Below are positions 23,559 to 34,140 of a stretch of 58,947 nucleotides of DNA, in pieces. The stretch is from contig JAHBMJ010000034.1 of assembly GCA_018398765.1 (NCBI GenBank), forward strand, positions 1 to 58,947, given 5' to 3'. Within the stretch, counting starts at the first letter, position 1. Every line of letters begins with the position of its first letter. The notes beneath the pieces are model-generated. The model saw nothing but the letters and a program-made list of their open reading frames with translations, had not been told where the DNA came from and did no database searches. This DNA is from Chromera velia (taxonomy: Eukaryota). The position numbers and the translations under genes are program-made.

Positions 23559-26355
23559 CATGTGTGTGTGTGCATGTGTGTGTGTGTGTGTGTGTGTGTT
23601 TATCTCTTTGACTGGCTCCATTCTTCCTCTTCTCTTTTCTCTTTCTTTTTCTTCTCGTCCTCCTTTCTCTTCTTCTTCTTACCTCGAGTCTTCGCATTGG
23701 GAAGGTGTTTTTCCTGCACGTGCAATGGGCCTTTTTTCTCTTTTTTCTTTTCATCGTCTCTTTTGCTGCCGTCTATCCTGCTGTCGTGTGCCCGCAGGAA
23801 TCTGTGAGGAGTCGAAAGGTTTTGCGAACGAGAACGAATGCGTATTTGCTGCGCTACGTGATGATTTGGGCCGATGCGGAGAGGTGCCTTTCTCTGATCA
23901 CAATTGGCACTTTGTGGAGAAAAGAGGGAGGGAGGACAATCCAGTAGAGACTTTTGAGGGGGTGGAAACCTACAGTCACATTTGAAAGTCCTTGAGCTGC
24001 GGTTGCTGGACCTCTTGGCAGAAGATTGAGGAAGCACACATGTGGGCGTTGAAGTATCACGACGTCAGGGACCCCCAGGCTCAGTCTCCAGGTCAGAGAG
24101 CCTTTGACCCTTTCGAGTGGATTTTCAACTTACGTGTAAAAGTTTTTGTCGTCTTCTCTGTCGTTCCACCGAAGTGTGCAGAGAATCCTGTCAAATTGGA
24201 GGTACTTAAAGTGCCTTCTGAACTTTGGACAGAAGAGTCGGCGTATGAAGAGCAGAACCACCCGCAGTCATCAAATTACAATGTAGAGGTGAGACGCTGG
24301 ACTTCTCAAACAACCAAAATGCTGTTGAGCGCCTGCCTTTGCTACTCAAAAAAAGTCCGGCCGGAAATGAGACAGAGGCACGGTCTGTCTTGTTTTTTCT
24401 GCATGGATCTCCGTCTCCCCCCTAGCAAGAAAAACGCCAAAACAGCATTCACCGTCTCCATCCGAGAGAGCGAAGGATCCACCTCCCCATCCAAGAGGCC
24501 TCACTCTCAGAGCCCCAATCAAGCACAGACAGGGAGCCTGAGTGGCATGAGTCAGCAACCATCAGGAGGCATTTCAGGAGGACAGTCGCTGTCCAGCTCC
24601 GCAGCCGGAGTGCACAGAGCTGACCACCATGTCAGTTCGAGCCTAGCGGGAGAAGAGGGAGAGAGTGCTGACTCTGTTGGTGACGGGCCATCGTCTCACA
24701 CTGAGGCAACGTCACTTGATCGACAGGACGGGAGGTGGGCAGAGGGGCCACGCACGAAGAAGGACTCTGACACAGTGTTCGGGGTACAGTCAGCAGTCAG
24801 CGAAAGAAAGGGAAATACGGCCACGGGGGAAGAGTCTAGCTCTAGCTCAGCCGAGCCCGATGTTGCTCAGCAGTGTTCCAAAGCCCCTTGCGAGGTGCAA
24901 TCTTTACTTTCAGGAACACTGCCCGACAGTGGAGACGTCGAGCCTGTTCGGCTCTGCGACCTTAATTGCTGAAATGATGGACCTTGGCCTCCGTGCTATT
25001 CAGGTAGACGGAGTACGTAGCGAGCCCATACAGAGAGAGCGAAACGATATACAAATTTGGGACCACCCTTGCAAGCGACTCTGGTGATGAGAATCAGCAG
25101 GATTGGCAGCGGATCTTTCAACGCATTCCTGCCGTATCACTTCTTGAAGATCCTGATATTGCGCACAGCAACCTGACGCAGGCAACTTTCGAGGATGTGA
25201 AACGATTTCTGCACCGCATTTTTGCTGAGCTGAAGGAATGTGCAGACCATCTAGACCTCGACCCAGACACAGAACAGGAAGGAGATCTGAGAGAAGAAGA
25301 GAGAAGCGACCATCAGTTCCCCGTCTTTTGCAAGTTGCAGTCGACAGATGGTCCCGACTTTGAAAGGGAAGACATCCTAAAAGCGCTAAGAGAGCTGCAT
25401 CTTTGGAAGGAGGAAAAGGTTTTGGAGGGCACTTCAGGGGACAGGGGGGTGCAGGGGTGGCTTCATGAGGGGGTGATCCAATGTTCTCAAAGGAAAGAGG
25501 ATTCCCAAATCGGCTTCCACGCGGGCTTCTTTCATCTCAGCACGAATACTCTGCAGCGTCAGATGATTTCGAACTTTCCTTGTGCGCTCTTCTGGTTTGT
25601 TGTCGAAGGACCGGGGGGGGAACGGAGGGAGACGAAGGGGGGCAGGTGGCAGTCGAGGAGTTGGGGGGGGAAACCGGGAAGACATTTATGGTGGAAGAGT
25701 CCTTGGAAACAGTGACGGAGAAGGGGGGCAGGTTGAGAGCGCGGAGGGAAGAGGAGGAGAGATGTTGGCTAACTTGGCTTCCTACAGCCCTTCGCCAGGG
25801 CCTGTCTCTGTTGGGATAGTAACTGAGACAGCAACGAGAGAAACAAAAGAGAGAGGTCAGCACGCCAAACTTGCTCCATTCCGTTTCTGTGTGCAATTGT
25901 GCCAAGCGCTGCGAGAGGCTTCCTTTTCTGTTGTTTCGCTGCCATAATGGACGAAATTGTCACCACTGTTTTCAGCTGCCAAACATTTCAAAGGGACGCA
26001 AGGGAGGGGAATGCTCAGCATGACTTTGAGGGGTGGAAGTTTGGGGAAGGCGGAGGAGGGGTTTCATGAGAATGAACGAGAGGACGCACGAGCGGATCAG
26101 GAAGAAGGGGGTGCAGAGGGAAGGGTGGAGATGCAAATTGGGGAGGAGACGCGGAGCAAACACGGAAAAGGGCACGAGAAGGGAAAAAGCGTAGAAGAGA
26201 GAAAAAGAAGCCTTGTTAGTCTCACTTCCCCTGAGAGTTCTTGCTTTTGGGTAGACAGCGGCGGCAAAAACAAATCAAACGACTCAACAACATCAGTGTT
26301 TGATGTCTGTTTTAGTCCCTTTCAAGGTGGCAATGTAGGAAGATCAGCCTGTTGA
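22380..26355 (+). pseudogene. Disrupted or unresolved exons between DAC-like domains 1 and 2, function unknown
   Basis: Protein-like ORFs 23509-23985 and 23992-24972 share a frame, separated by one TGA. Frame changes near 24970-25010, then ORF 25197-25715. CT/GT microsatellite intron-like segments. Exon structure not resolved. Confidence 0.4.
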
Positions 26356-26456
26356 TTCTTCTTCTTGCTCCTGCTGCCCAAAAATCCTTTCATGTGTCTA
26401 TCGGTCGACCAAAAGTGTCTGAAACATACAGAATCTTTTGTTTGATGTATTTGCAG

Positions 26457-28450
26457 ACACACAGGATAACGAGGACAACTTGATGAGCGAAGAAGATTGG
26501 CAGCAATTCATTGATCGCTATCCCGCTGCTGCTCTCGTATTTGAAGCAGACAGAGCATGGAAGAGAAGGCAGGCTCTGAAAAGGCAACTCGGAGTGAGAG
26601 AGCAAAAGACGAAGCTGAGGGAACCAGACACCACCAAAACCTCAAAGAAAGGAGGTCCTGAGTTCTCTCTTCCGCTCTCATCCCCTCAAAAAACACCCCA
26701 TGTGCTTCAGGGTGCAGAACTGAGAGAAGAGGACACGCGCGACTGTGACAAGGATTGCAAATCTGGTCTTGAGAGCTCCTGCAAAAGTGCTGCCCTCGGC
26801 AGATTAACAACGGCGGGGTCTGACCTTTCCTCACGATCCTGCAATAGCCTCTCAGTGTCCCCCAGACTCATCAATGAAGCCGTGTCTGCAGTAGGCTCCA
26901 GATAAGAACGGCTGCTCCCCCTTTTGGAAGAAATCCCGCCCCAATGGCGTGCAACCGCCATTGAAGCCGTCTTCCTTGCGGAGGTATATTCAAGGGCGGG
27001 CATCAAAGGGCGTCAAGCAGGGACTTCTCTAGTTGTTTGCGATGCCGACGCTCTGCTCGCCAAGAGCAGATCCGAGAAGGATCAGAGCACAGAGCACAGA
27101 ATCACGCCTTATGGGTCAGTTCGAGAGGAGGGCATCATCAGACATCCGGCAAACATCAAGACAAAGCAAGGCATTGACGCACTCAGGCGTTGCATGAACT
27201 CAGACGGCGTACTGGTTGTCGACGGTGCGACGGGGGAGTTTCGTGCTTTTGGATTCGTTCTGAAGCACGAGGCTCAGGGTGGGGGATTATCAATTGGACG
27301 GGGGACGGGCTCAGCAGTAGCAGAACAGGTTCCAAAAAAGTCGCAAGTCTTCGAGATTCGAGTGTCCTGTGGCGGGGAAATCCTAATTTTTGCCGGTGGG
27401 GCTGAGCCTCTGGTTTTGGAGCCCCCCAAGTAAGAGAGCGACCCCCTCCAACAGTTTGACCCCACAACAAATCCCGAAAAGGTCCTGTCTCTGCCCGAGA
27501 GCGCTGCAGACGCAAGGTGGCAAGAAATAACCAGACTGTATTCCTCTCTGAGCGGCGAAGTGCGGGAGATCAGAGAACAGCCTAGCGTCTCTGAACACCG
27601 TCCGCTCTTTTCCGCCCTAGTAGGGAAAGCCCATTTAGAGATGAAGGTAGGACTTCTTGACCAAGCCTACAAGAGCTATAGAATGGCGTCCTCTCTCCTT
27701 CCAACTTCACTCACTCATCCTTCTGGAGAGTCATCTGCGCGCTCTTCAGTGTTGGGTCAGACTCGTCTTTCGTCAAAATTTTGTGTTTCTCTGGAAGAGC
27801 TCTCGGTCTTTTTCCAGCTTCAGCGCGATGTGAGTAAAAAGAAGCCCGGCCACTTTTGGATTAGCGAAGCCCACAGTGGGATTCGCCTTCTGTTGGAGGA
27901 AATCCCAGAAGCATGGCGTGCAACTGCCTCGCGCGCGCTTGAGATTGCAGAAAAGCATGCAGACACCGGTATTGAGGACCCTGGAGGCCATGCAGGCACA
28001 TGCATTGTTGTTTGCAACGCCAATGCATTTCTTGCGAAGAGTGAAGACAACCAAGATGGGTCGAATCCAGAAGACATCATGACTCCTTTTGGAGGTGTGA
28101 AGGAACAAAACATTCGCAGACCCCCGAAAAGTATTTACACCACCGAGGGCGGCAGCAGGCTGAAAGAGCGGATGAATGATGACGGTGCGCTCATTATTGA
28201 CGGTTCGAGTGGAGAATTCTGTGCATTCGGGTTCCACTTGAAGTGCAGTGGGAGACCCTCTTCCATTGGGGGGGGACTCGGCACAGCATCCGCACAGGAA
28301 GTTGCACGCAAGGCATCTGCATTCGTCATCATGGTGTCGAAGGACGGGGCGGTGAAACTCTTCTGCGGGGAGGCAGAGCCGATTATGTGGAAAGAGGATG
28401 CGGCAACAGCGGGTGACCGAGGCTTCACCCCCGACCATCTGTTGGAGAGG
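26457..28450 (+). CDS. Exon with tandem DAC/DisA_N-fold domains 2 and 3, interrupted by two in-frame TAA codons (26903, 27431)
   Basis: ORFs 26438, 26924 and 27560 are one reading frame. Domain 2: LEEIPPQWRATA...AGTSLVVCD...ITPYG...MNSDGVLVVDG...FRAFGFVL...GRGTGSAVA...IRVSCGGEILIF. Domain 3: LEEIPEAWRATA...AGTCIVVCN...MTPFG...MNDDGALIIDG...FCAFGFHL...GGGLGTASA...IMVSKDGAVKLF. Confidence 0.7.
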
Positions 28451-28474
28451 GTCCGTCCTTGTTTTCACATTTGA

Positions 28475-28533
<59 letters not shown>

Positions 28534-28787
28534 ATTCGTGTGCATTCGTGCGTGCAATCGGATCAGTGGATGCTGCGGGGGAAGCGACAGAACATATTGA
28601 GAGAGCGTGCAGCCTCACCCATTTGCACGCAGCAGCTGCGTTCCTGATGCTGCGGTGTGTAGGCCATGCCTGATTGTGGGGAGGCTGGTATGGGCTGGTT
28701 ATCAAGCTACACCACAGTGAAGAAAGTCTGGCGGTGCTTATTCAGTAATAGTATCATTAATGAAGTATCCACTTGTATCTTGTGCAG

Positions 28788-30449
28788 CTGATTGCGCAGC
28801 TTCGGCGTACTGCAGCTTCAAGCACGGAAGAGAAGTCCGAGCGGCAGGAAGTGACAGAAGAGAAGCGGCAGAAGCTTCAGGAAGATCTGTCCAAAGCAGA
28901 ATCGCGCCTGCGTGTGTTCAAGTTGCAGGCAAAGAAAGCAGAGGTCGAATTGGATAAGTACCACGAGTGGAAGAAGCAATTTGCACTTAGAGGTGATAAA
29001 CTGCCGAACAAAATCCAGGCTGACGTGCTTCATCCGCTCCTTGTCCAAAATATCAAAGAAGAAGTCGAGAAGGCAGAGAAAGAGATTGCAGATATTCTAT
29101 CCCAGGTGTCCGCCCAAGGCATCACCCTCACTCGTGATGAGCCCGCAACAGGAGAACAGAGACTGGAAGAAGCCAAAGCGCAGCGAGAAGTCAAAGAGGC
29201 GGAGAAAGAGCTGGCAGCAGAGAAAAAAGAAACGCAGAAGCAGAAGGAGATGGTGGAGACCATTTCAGAAATGCCCGTCAGATTTCAGGATCGTCTGGCC
29301 GAGATGGAGTCCCGTCTCCGAGTATTCACATTGCGGGCAAGGGGGGCAGAGGTAGACTTGGAGAAGCTTCGTGAACTGAAGAAGTGCTCTGCTTCTACAG
29401 GAGACCCATTGCCGAGCGAAAAAGAGCCTCCTGAGTACAGGGCGTTTGTCGGAAAGAGAAACTTTGAGGAAGCAGCTGAGAGTGTCGAAAAAGATATTGC
29501 AGACTTTCTGTCAAAGGTCTCTGCCCAGGGCATCACCCTCATTCGTAACCGGCCCGCAACAGGAGCGCATAGAGAAGAAGAGCTGAGTGCGGATCGAGAT
29601 TTGAAAGGGAAGGAGAAAGAGTTGCACGCAGAGAAAGGAAAGAAACAGACGACGGCAGGGGCAACAGTAACAGAAGAGACGCGTGAAAAGCTTCAAGAAG
29701 ATTTGACTAAAGCGGAGTCGCATCTCCGAGTATGCAAGTGGAAGGCAAGGGCGGCAGAGGTGGAGTTGGAAAAGTACCGTGAGATGAAGAAACGGTTGGA
29801 ATTGACAGGTTCGTCAGTGCCAAACGAAAAACAGTGTGAAGTGGTCTACCCGCTGCTTGTCCAAAGGACAAAGGAAGAAGTCGACAAAGCCGCGAAAGAG
29901 GCCGCCAAGATCTTTCCCAAAGCTCTTGCCCAAGGCATACAGCTCACTTTCAACAGACCTGCAGCAGAAGCAGACAATGAAGAAGAAGTCAAAGCATATG
30001 AAAAGCTGAAAGAAAAGGAGAAAGAGTTAGAAGCAACGAAGAAGCAAAACCAGGAGCTTGAGGAGATGCTCCGATTCATCTCCAGTGCACAAAAAACCCT
30101 CCAAGCCACCTGCACGAAAGCCCAATCCGAGCTCAGAATTGCCAAACTCCGACAGGAAACGGCAGAGTTGGAGCTCCGAAATTTCGAAGAAGTGAAGGGA
30201 GGTCAACCGGAGGGCAAGTCGGAAGCCGAACATCAGCGTTTGAGAGACGTTGTGAAATTGGCATTGCAACAGGCTGAGGAGAAAGAGGCTGCATTCCATG
30301 AGGCAGTCCAAAGTGCTGTGAGCACTGGAATGGACCCAGACTTGAACTGTCCGGTAGATGGTGCACAAAAGGAAGCCGAAGAGGCAGCAGAGCGGGAATT
30401 GCACCTTTTGAAACAAGGGGGGACCTTGAAGGGGTCGGGAGTTCCCTGA
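28788..30449 (+). CDS. Terminal exon with four ~140-aa helical/coiled-coil repeats, probably spliced to the DAC-like exon
   Basis: Repeats LQEDLSKAESRLRVFKLQAKKAEVELDKY / FQDRLAEMESRLRVFTLRARGAEVDLEKL / LQEDLTKAESHLRVCKWKARAAEVELEKY / LQATCTKAQSELRIAKLRQETAELELRNF. The first three end in AQGI(T/Q)L...PA, the fourth in STGMDPDLNCPV. A phase-0 donor at 28451 matches a phase-0 acceptor TGTGCAG at 28787. Confidence 0.75.
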   Translation: MIAQLRRTAASSTEEKSERQEVTEEKRQKLQEDLSKAESRLRVFKLQAKKAEVELDKYHEWKKQFALRGDKLPNKIQADVLHPLLVQNIKEEVEKAEKEIADILSQVSAQGITLTRDEPATGEQRLEEAKAQREVKEAEKELAAEKKETQKQKEMVETISEMPVRFQDRLAEMESRLRVFTLRARGAEVDLEKLRELKKCSASTGDPLPSEKEPPEYRAFVGKRNFEEAAESVEKDIADFLSKVSAQGITLIRNRPATGAHREEELSADRDLKGKEKELHAEKGKKQTTAGATVTEETREKLQEDLTKAESHLRVCKWKARAAEVELEKYREMKKRLELTGSSVPNEKQCEVVYPLLVQRTKEEVDKAAKEAAKIFPKALAQGIQLTFNRPAAEADNEEEVKAYEKLKEKEKELEATKKQNQELEEMLRFISSAQKTLQATCTKAQSELRIAKLRQETAELELRNFEEVKGGQPEGKSEAEHQRLRDVVKLALQQAEEKEAAFHEAVQSAVSTGMDPDLNCPVDGAQKEAEEAAERELHLLKQGGTLKGSGVP

Positions 30450-32074
30450 GAGCCTTCTTCCTGAGATTTCCTCGAAATAGAATGCCAGAGCACGTGACGC
30501 TCTGTCAGTCTCAGAAAGGAACGTGGAGGCCGGCGTTGAGAGCCCCGAAGGCCGTGCAGGCACGCGAGATCGAAGACGGTGAGGCCCAAGCGGGGAATGA
30601 TTTTTTCTTTGCAGAGCCGTGCATTTAGGGCAGTTGCAAAGCTGGATCCGGGGAGTCTCAAGCTCTAGAGCAATGTAACAGGCCAATCGAGGCCCGAGCC
30701 CTTCATTCTCACCTCAGGAATTCGGGGTTCGCGCAAGACCCAGCAGGCAAGTGAGTCCCTTCTCAGCTCTAAGCTCCACAACACAAAAATCTGGCTGGGG
30801 GCCTCTTTTCGAGAGGGCTTACAAAGAGAATCAAACGAGGTGTCCGCGGGTATGTAAGGACATCATGGAAGCAAGAGCACCAATTAAGGAAGGAGGAGAA
30901 CAGATTGCGAACAGCACCGAGCTGTGTAAGTGGTTGGAGGAAAGCGATGAATGAATTTTGGGGGTTGATGACCAGAAGGACCCTGAGATCCTCTTGGAGT
31001 TCACGCCAAAAACTCACAAAGACACTGTGATTAGCACCAGCCGGAAGGAGTCCATTTTCGCTTAATTTCCCCCCTCCGTAAATGATGAAGCTGGAGAGTT
31101 TGGAGCTTTTCAAGTCTGCTAGCGAGTCTCCAACGCTCAGATGCTTCTGCAGACGCTAGGCAAAAAGCCGCACAGTCGTGCTGATTTCGAAGCCCCCACC
31201 AATCCCCTTGAATGCCAACCCCTCGGCCTGTAAATGCCTCCGACTTTTGCTTGTTTGGCTTGGCGTGTAACATGTGAGAGAGCCGGGTGAAACTGTTTAG
31301 GAAACTGTATTACATGCAGGACATATGAGTGGTGAAGGCGGGGATACACTCAAGTGAACGAGTTCAAGTTGTTTAATAGTCATTCTAGCAGTCAGTTCAC
31401 ATCATTGACGTTGATTATAGCTAACTCAGTTGCAGTAATATTTTTTATCAGACAAAGCCATATGTCCTAATAATACAGTCCTATAATATTACTCTTATTA
31501 ACTCTTTGAAACACATACTACACACTAATATTAAATTCCAGAATATCTATTTGAATTGAATTTGAATTGAATTGAGCGGAATTGAGGCGGTTAAATCTAT
31601 ACGTACAGGTTATGCATGCTTAGCTAACTACTGTTTCCAACTAGATTTAAACTAAGATTTTTAAATCACTTAAGACTCATCTGACTCAATTTTATATTAA
31701 TTATATATTATATTTTTTATTATATCTTATCGTCATAATCAACATGATACGCCATCGCTATCGGCCTATTTAATCAGAACCTAGGCTCCTTATATAAGAA
31801 TATTATAAAAATCGAGAAGCAATGTTATAAAAGTCAACTAGGAATCCAATAGAAATTAGCGATAAATCCTTCGAACTTGAATTAAATTTCACTGCGGCAT
31901 CGAAGCGTCATAGAAATCTAATTATAGAAATGTTCTAAAAATTATAAAATTACTTAATAATTCGTTTTAGATTTAATAAATTATCTTAAATTGATTTAAC
32001 TATGACATCAACTCTAGCGTTAACTTAAATTACTTTAAAATACTAATTTAAAGCTTAATGACTTATAATTGCCC

Positions 32075-34140
32075 CTAGGCGCCGCTAGGCGCCACACATA
32101 GAAAAAAAAAAGAAAAAAAAGTTGGGAAAGTGTGTTGTATGCCGCTGTATTGCGTCTCGCATGGACCTTGCGTTGGTCTCGGCATGTCCATCCTGGCTGT
32201 CCCGTTCGTGCCTGTACAGGCGGGGGCCACGGCATCTATTTCCGTTTGCAGAGGCGAAATGTATCCATTTATTCCTCTCTAGCCTCATGAAGCAGTCTGT
32301 TTCCTCTAGCCTGAACTGACAGTCTATGGACTCGGGTGCACTGTACATCTATAGCAACCGCTTACTCCCTGTATACAACATGGTAGCAGAGCTTGAAATC
32401 GACCTAGGGAAATAAAGTCTGAATCTTTTGGTTTTGCCTTCACACCTCAGGGAGGCTGTTGGTGTGATTTTTTTTCGGACCTGCTTGAGCCTTTTGTTTG
32501 TGTTTTTACTATCGCTAGCCACTACTAAAATTTGATCCTCCAATTCTTGATGTCGGAAGGGGGGGTAAGGCAAACACTGAGGATGATTTTGCCATTGAGA
32601 CTTTGGCTTGCCGTCTCCATCTGTTCTTGTAATTGTTGGAAGAGATGAAAGACGCATAGGCCAGATGCTAGGAACAAACTTTAAGTCAATGCCCCCCTGT
32701 AATTGCCTCTTGTCTGTCTTTGTCCTTTCCGATGTGGATCGATCTGGATGCGCCTGACGTGGGTTTATGCCTTTTGACCAACTAGTTCTGGTCAACGTCC
32801 ACCACTGATGACCATTCGGAGGACCTGCCTGGCACTGCCTGGAGATTTTGGCCACAAATATGACTTGCATTCTTGATCACCCTGATAACTCCTCCGTCTC
32901 CGACCAGACTAACAAGATTTTTCTCTGTGATGATGTGTCTCATTCCACCAAGTGAATCTTTTTGTGTTTGTCTTTGATAGGCAGGCTTCTTTTTGGTCTT
33001 GTCAGGTATTGTTTGTGTCTGTGCATGCCATTCCTCCTCTGACAGTTCCAGAAAAGTAAGCGAAACGCATCTTTCATCTCTTTCTTTTGTTGGCTAGAAA
33101 GAAACGTGAGGTGGTGGTATACCAGTCCTACTTCGATCCTTTGCCTTGTTGCCCTAATATCTGATCGTAGCAACGTTTGCTCTTTCACTTGGATTGGCGG
33201 AGGACAGTAAAAGAAAAGAAGAAGCACATGACACTGTGTCTGTCTCTCTAGATTGTCTCCTTTTACACACTCAATGCTCCTCTTTTCTCTGTTGTCCTTG
33301 CTCCTGGACGTACCTCCATACACCTGAATGGGTACAACGTGCAAGCATGTCCTTGTTTTTACCATCACTGTATCTCTCTTCTCTCATTTTCTCTCACACT
33401 TGCTAATAGAAGGCGTTTCCGCTTACCCCGCTGGCTGGTGGTTGAGAAGCAGTGGAGAGGGTAAAGGGAGGATGCAATGGCCGACCGCCTTTATTTTGAT
33501 GTCGTAAATGGCCTTGTTGCTTCATCTGCGTGACCTGAGTGTATCAACATTTGCGTTAGACACAGAGAGGAGGACTAATCGGAAGAAAAGGGCAAAGAAA
33601 AGGGAATCTATATTGCTTGCCGCTGTATTGTGTCTCGCATGGACCTTGCGTTGGTCTCGGCATGTTCGTCCTGGCTGTCCTGTTCATGCCTATACAGGCG
33701 GGGGCCACGGCATCTATTTCCGTTTGCGGAAGCGAAATGTATCCATTCATTCCTCTCTGGCCTCATGAAGCCATCTGTTTCCTCTAGCCTGAACTGACAG
33801 TCTATGGACTCAGATGCACCTATATATTCTCTGTATGTCTATAGCAACCGCTTATGTGGCCCCCGCCTATACAGGCACGAACGGGACAGCCAGGACGGAC
33901 ATGCCGAGACCAACGCAAGGTCCATGCAAGACGCAATACAGCGGCACGCAACAGAAGGCCTATTTTTTTTTTTTTTTAAATTTCAAGTGCCTCCAAAAAG
34001 AAAAGAATCACTTTTAACTCTGAAACTTACTTTTCTATGCACGCAAAATATGAACCTAACTTTTGACCCCCCCAAAAAAAAGAAAGAAAACAAGTTGCGG
34101 ACGCCTATTTTTTTTCTTTTTTTTTATGTGCGGCGCCTAG
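32075..34140. mobile_element. TIR element with 8-bp TSD AATTGCCC, carrying a nested insertion
   Basis: Ends CTAGGCGCCG...CACATAG-A-tract and T-tract-TATGTGCGGCGCCTAG. AATTGCCC at 32067-32074 and 34141-34148. Confidence 0.85.
32133..33953. mobile_element. Nested retroelement-like insertion with ~235-bp direct repeats plus a ~98-bp terminal inverted arm
   Basis: 32133-32364 is repeated at 33611-33854, and 33856-33953 is the reverse complement of the first ~98 bp. Outer termini TGTTG...CAACA. A purine tract precedes 33611. Confidence 0.75.

Noticed and set aside
27773..28705. 310-aa minus-strand ORF
   Set aside because: Antisense shadow of the DAC-like exon that runs through a microsatellite.
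18180..30449. DAC-like gene as Helitron cargo
   Set aside because: The Helitron's apparent 5' TC end is at 21223 on the minus strand, so the DAC locus lies outside it on the opposite strand.
30500..31350. GC-balanced stretch downstream of the repeat exon as a further gene
   Set aside because: Only short ORFs with no recognisable motif; it could be UTR or decayed exons.
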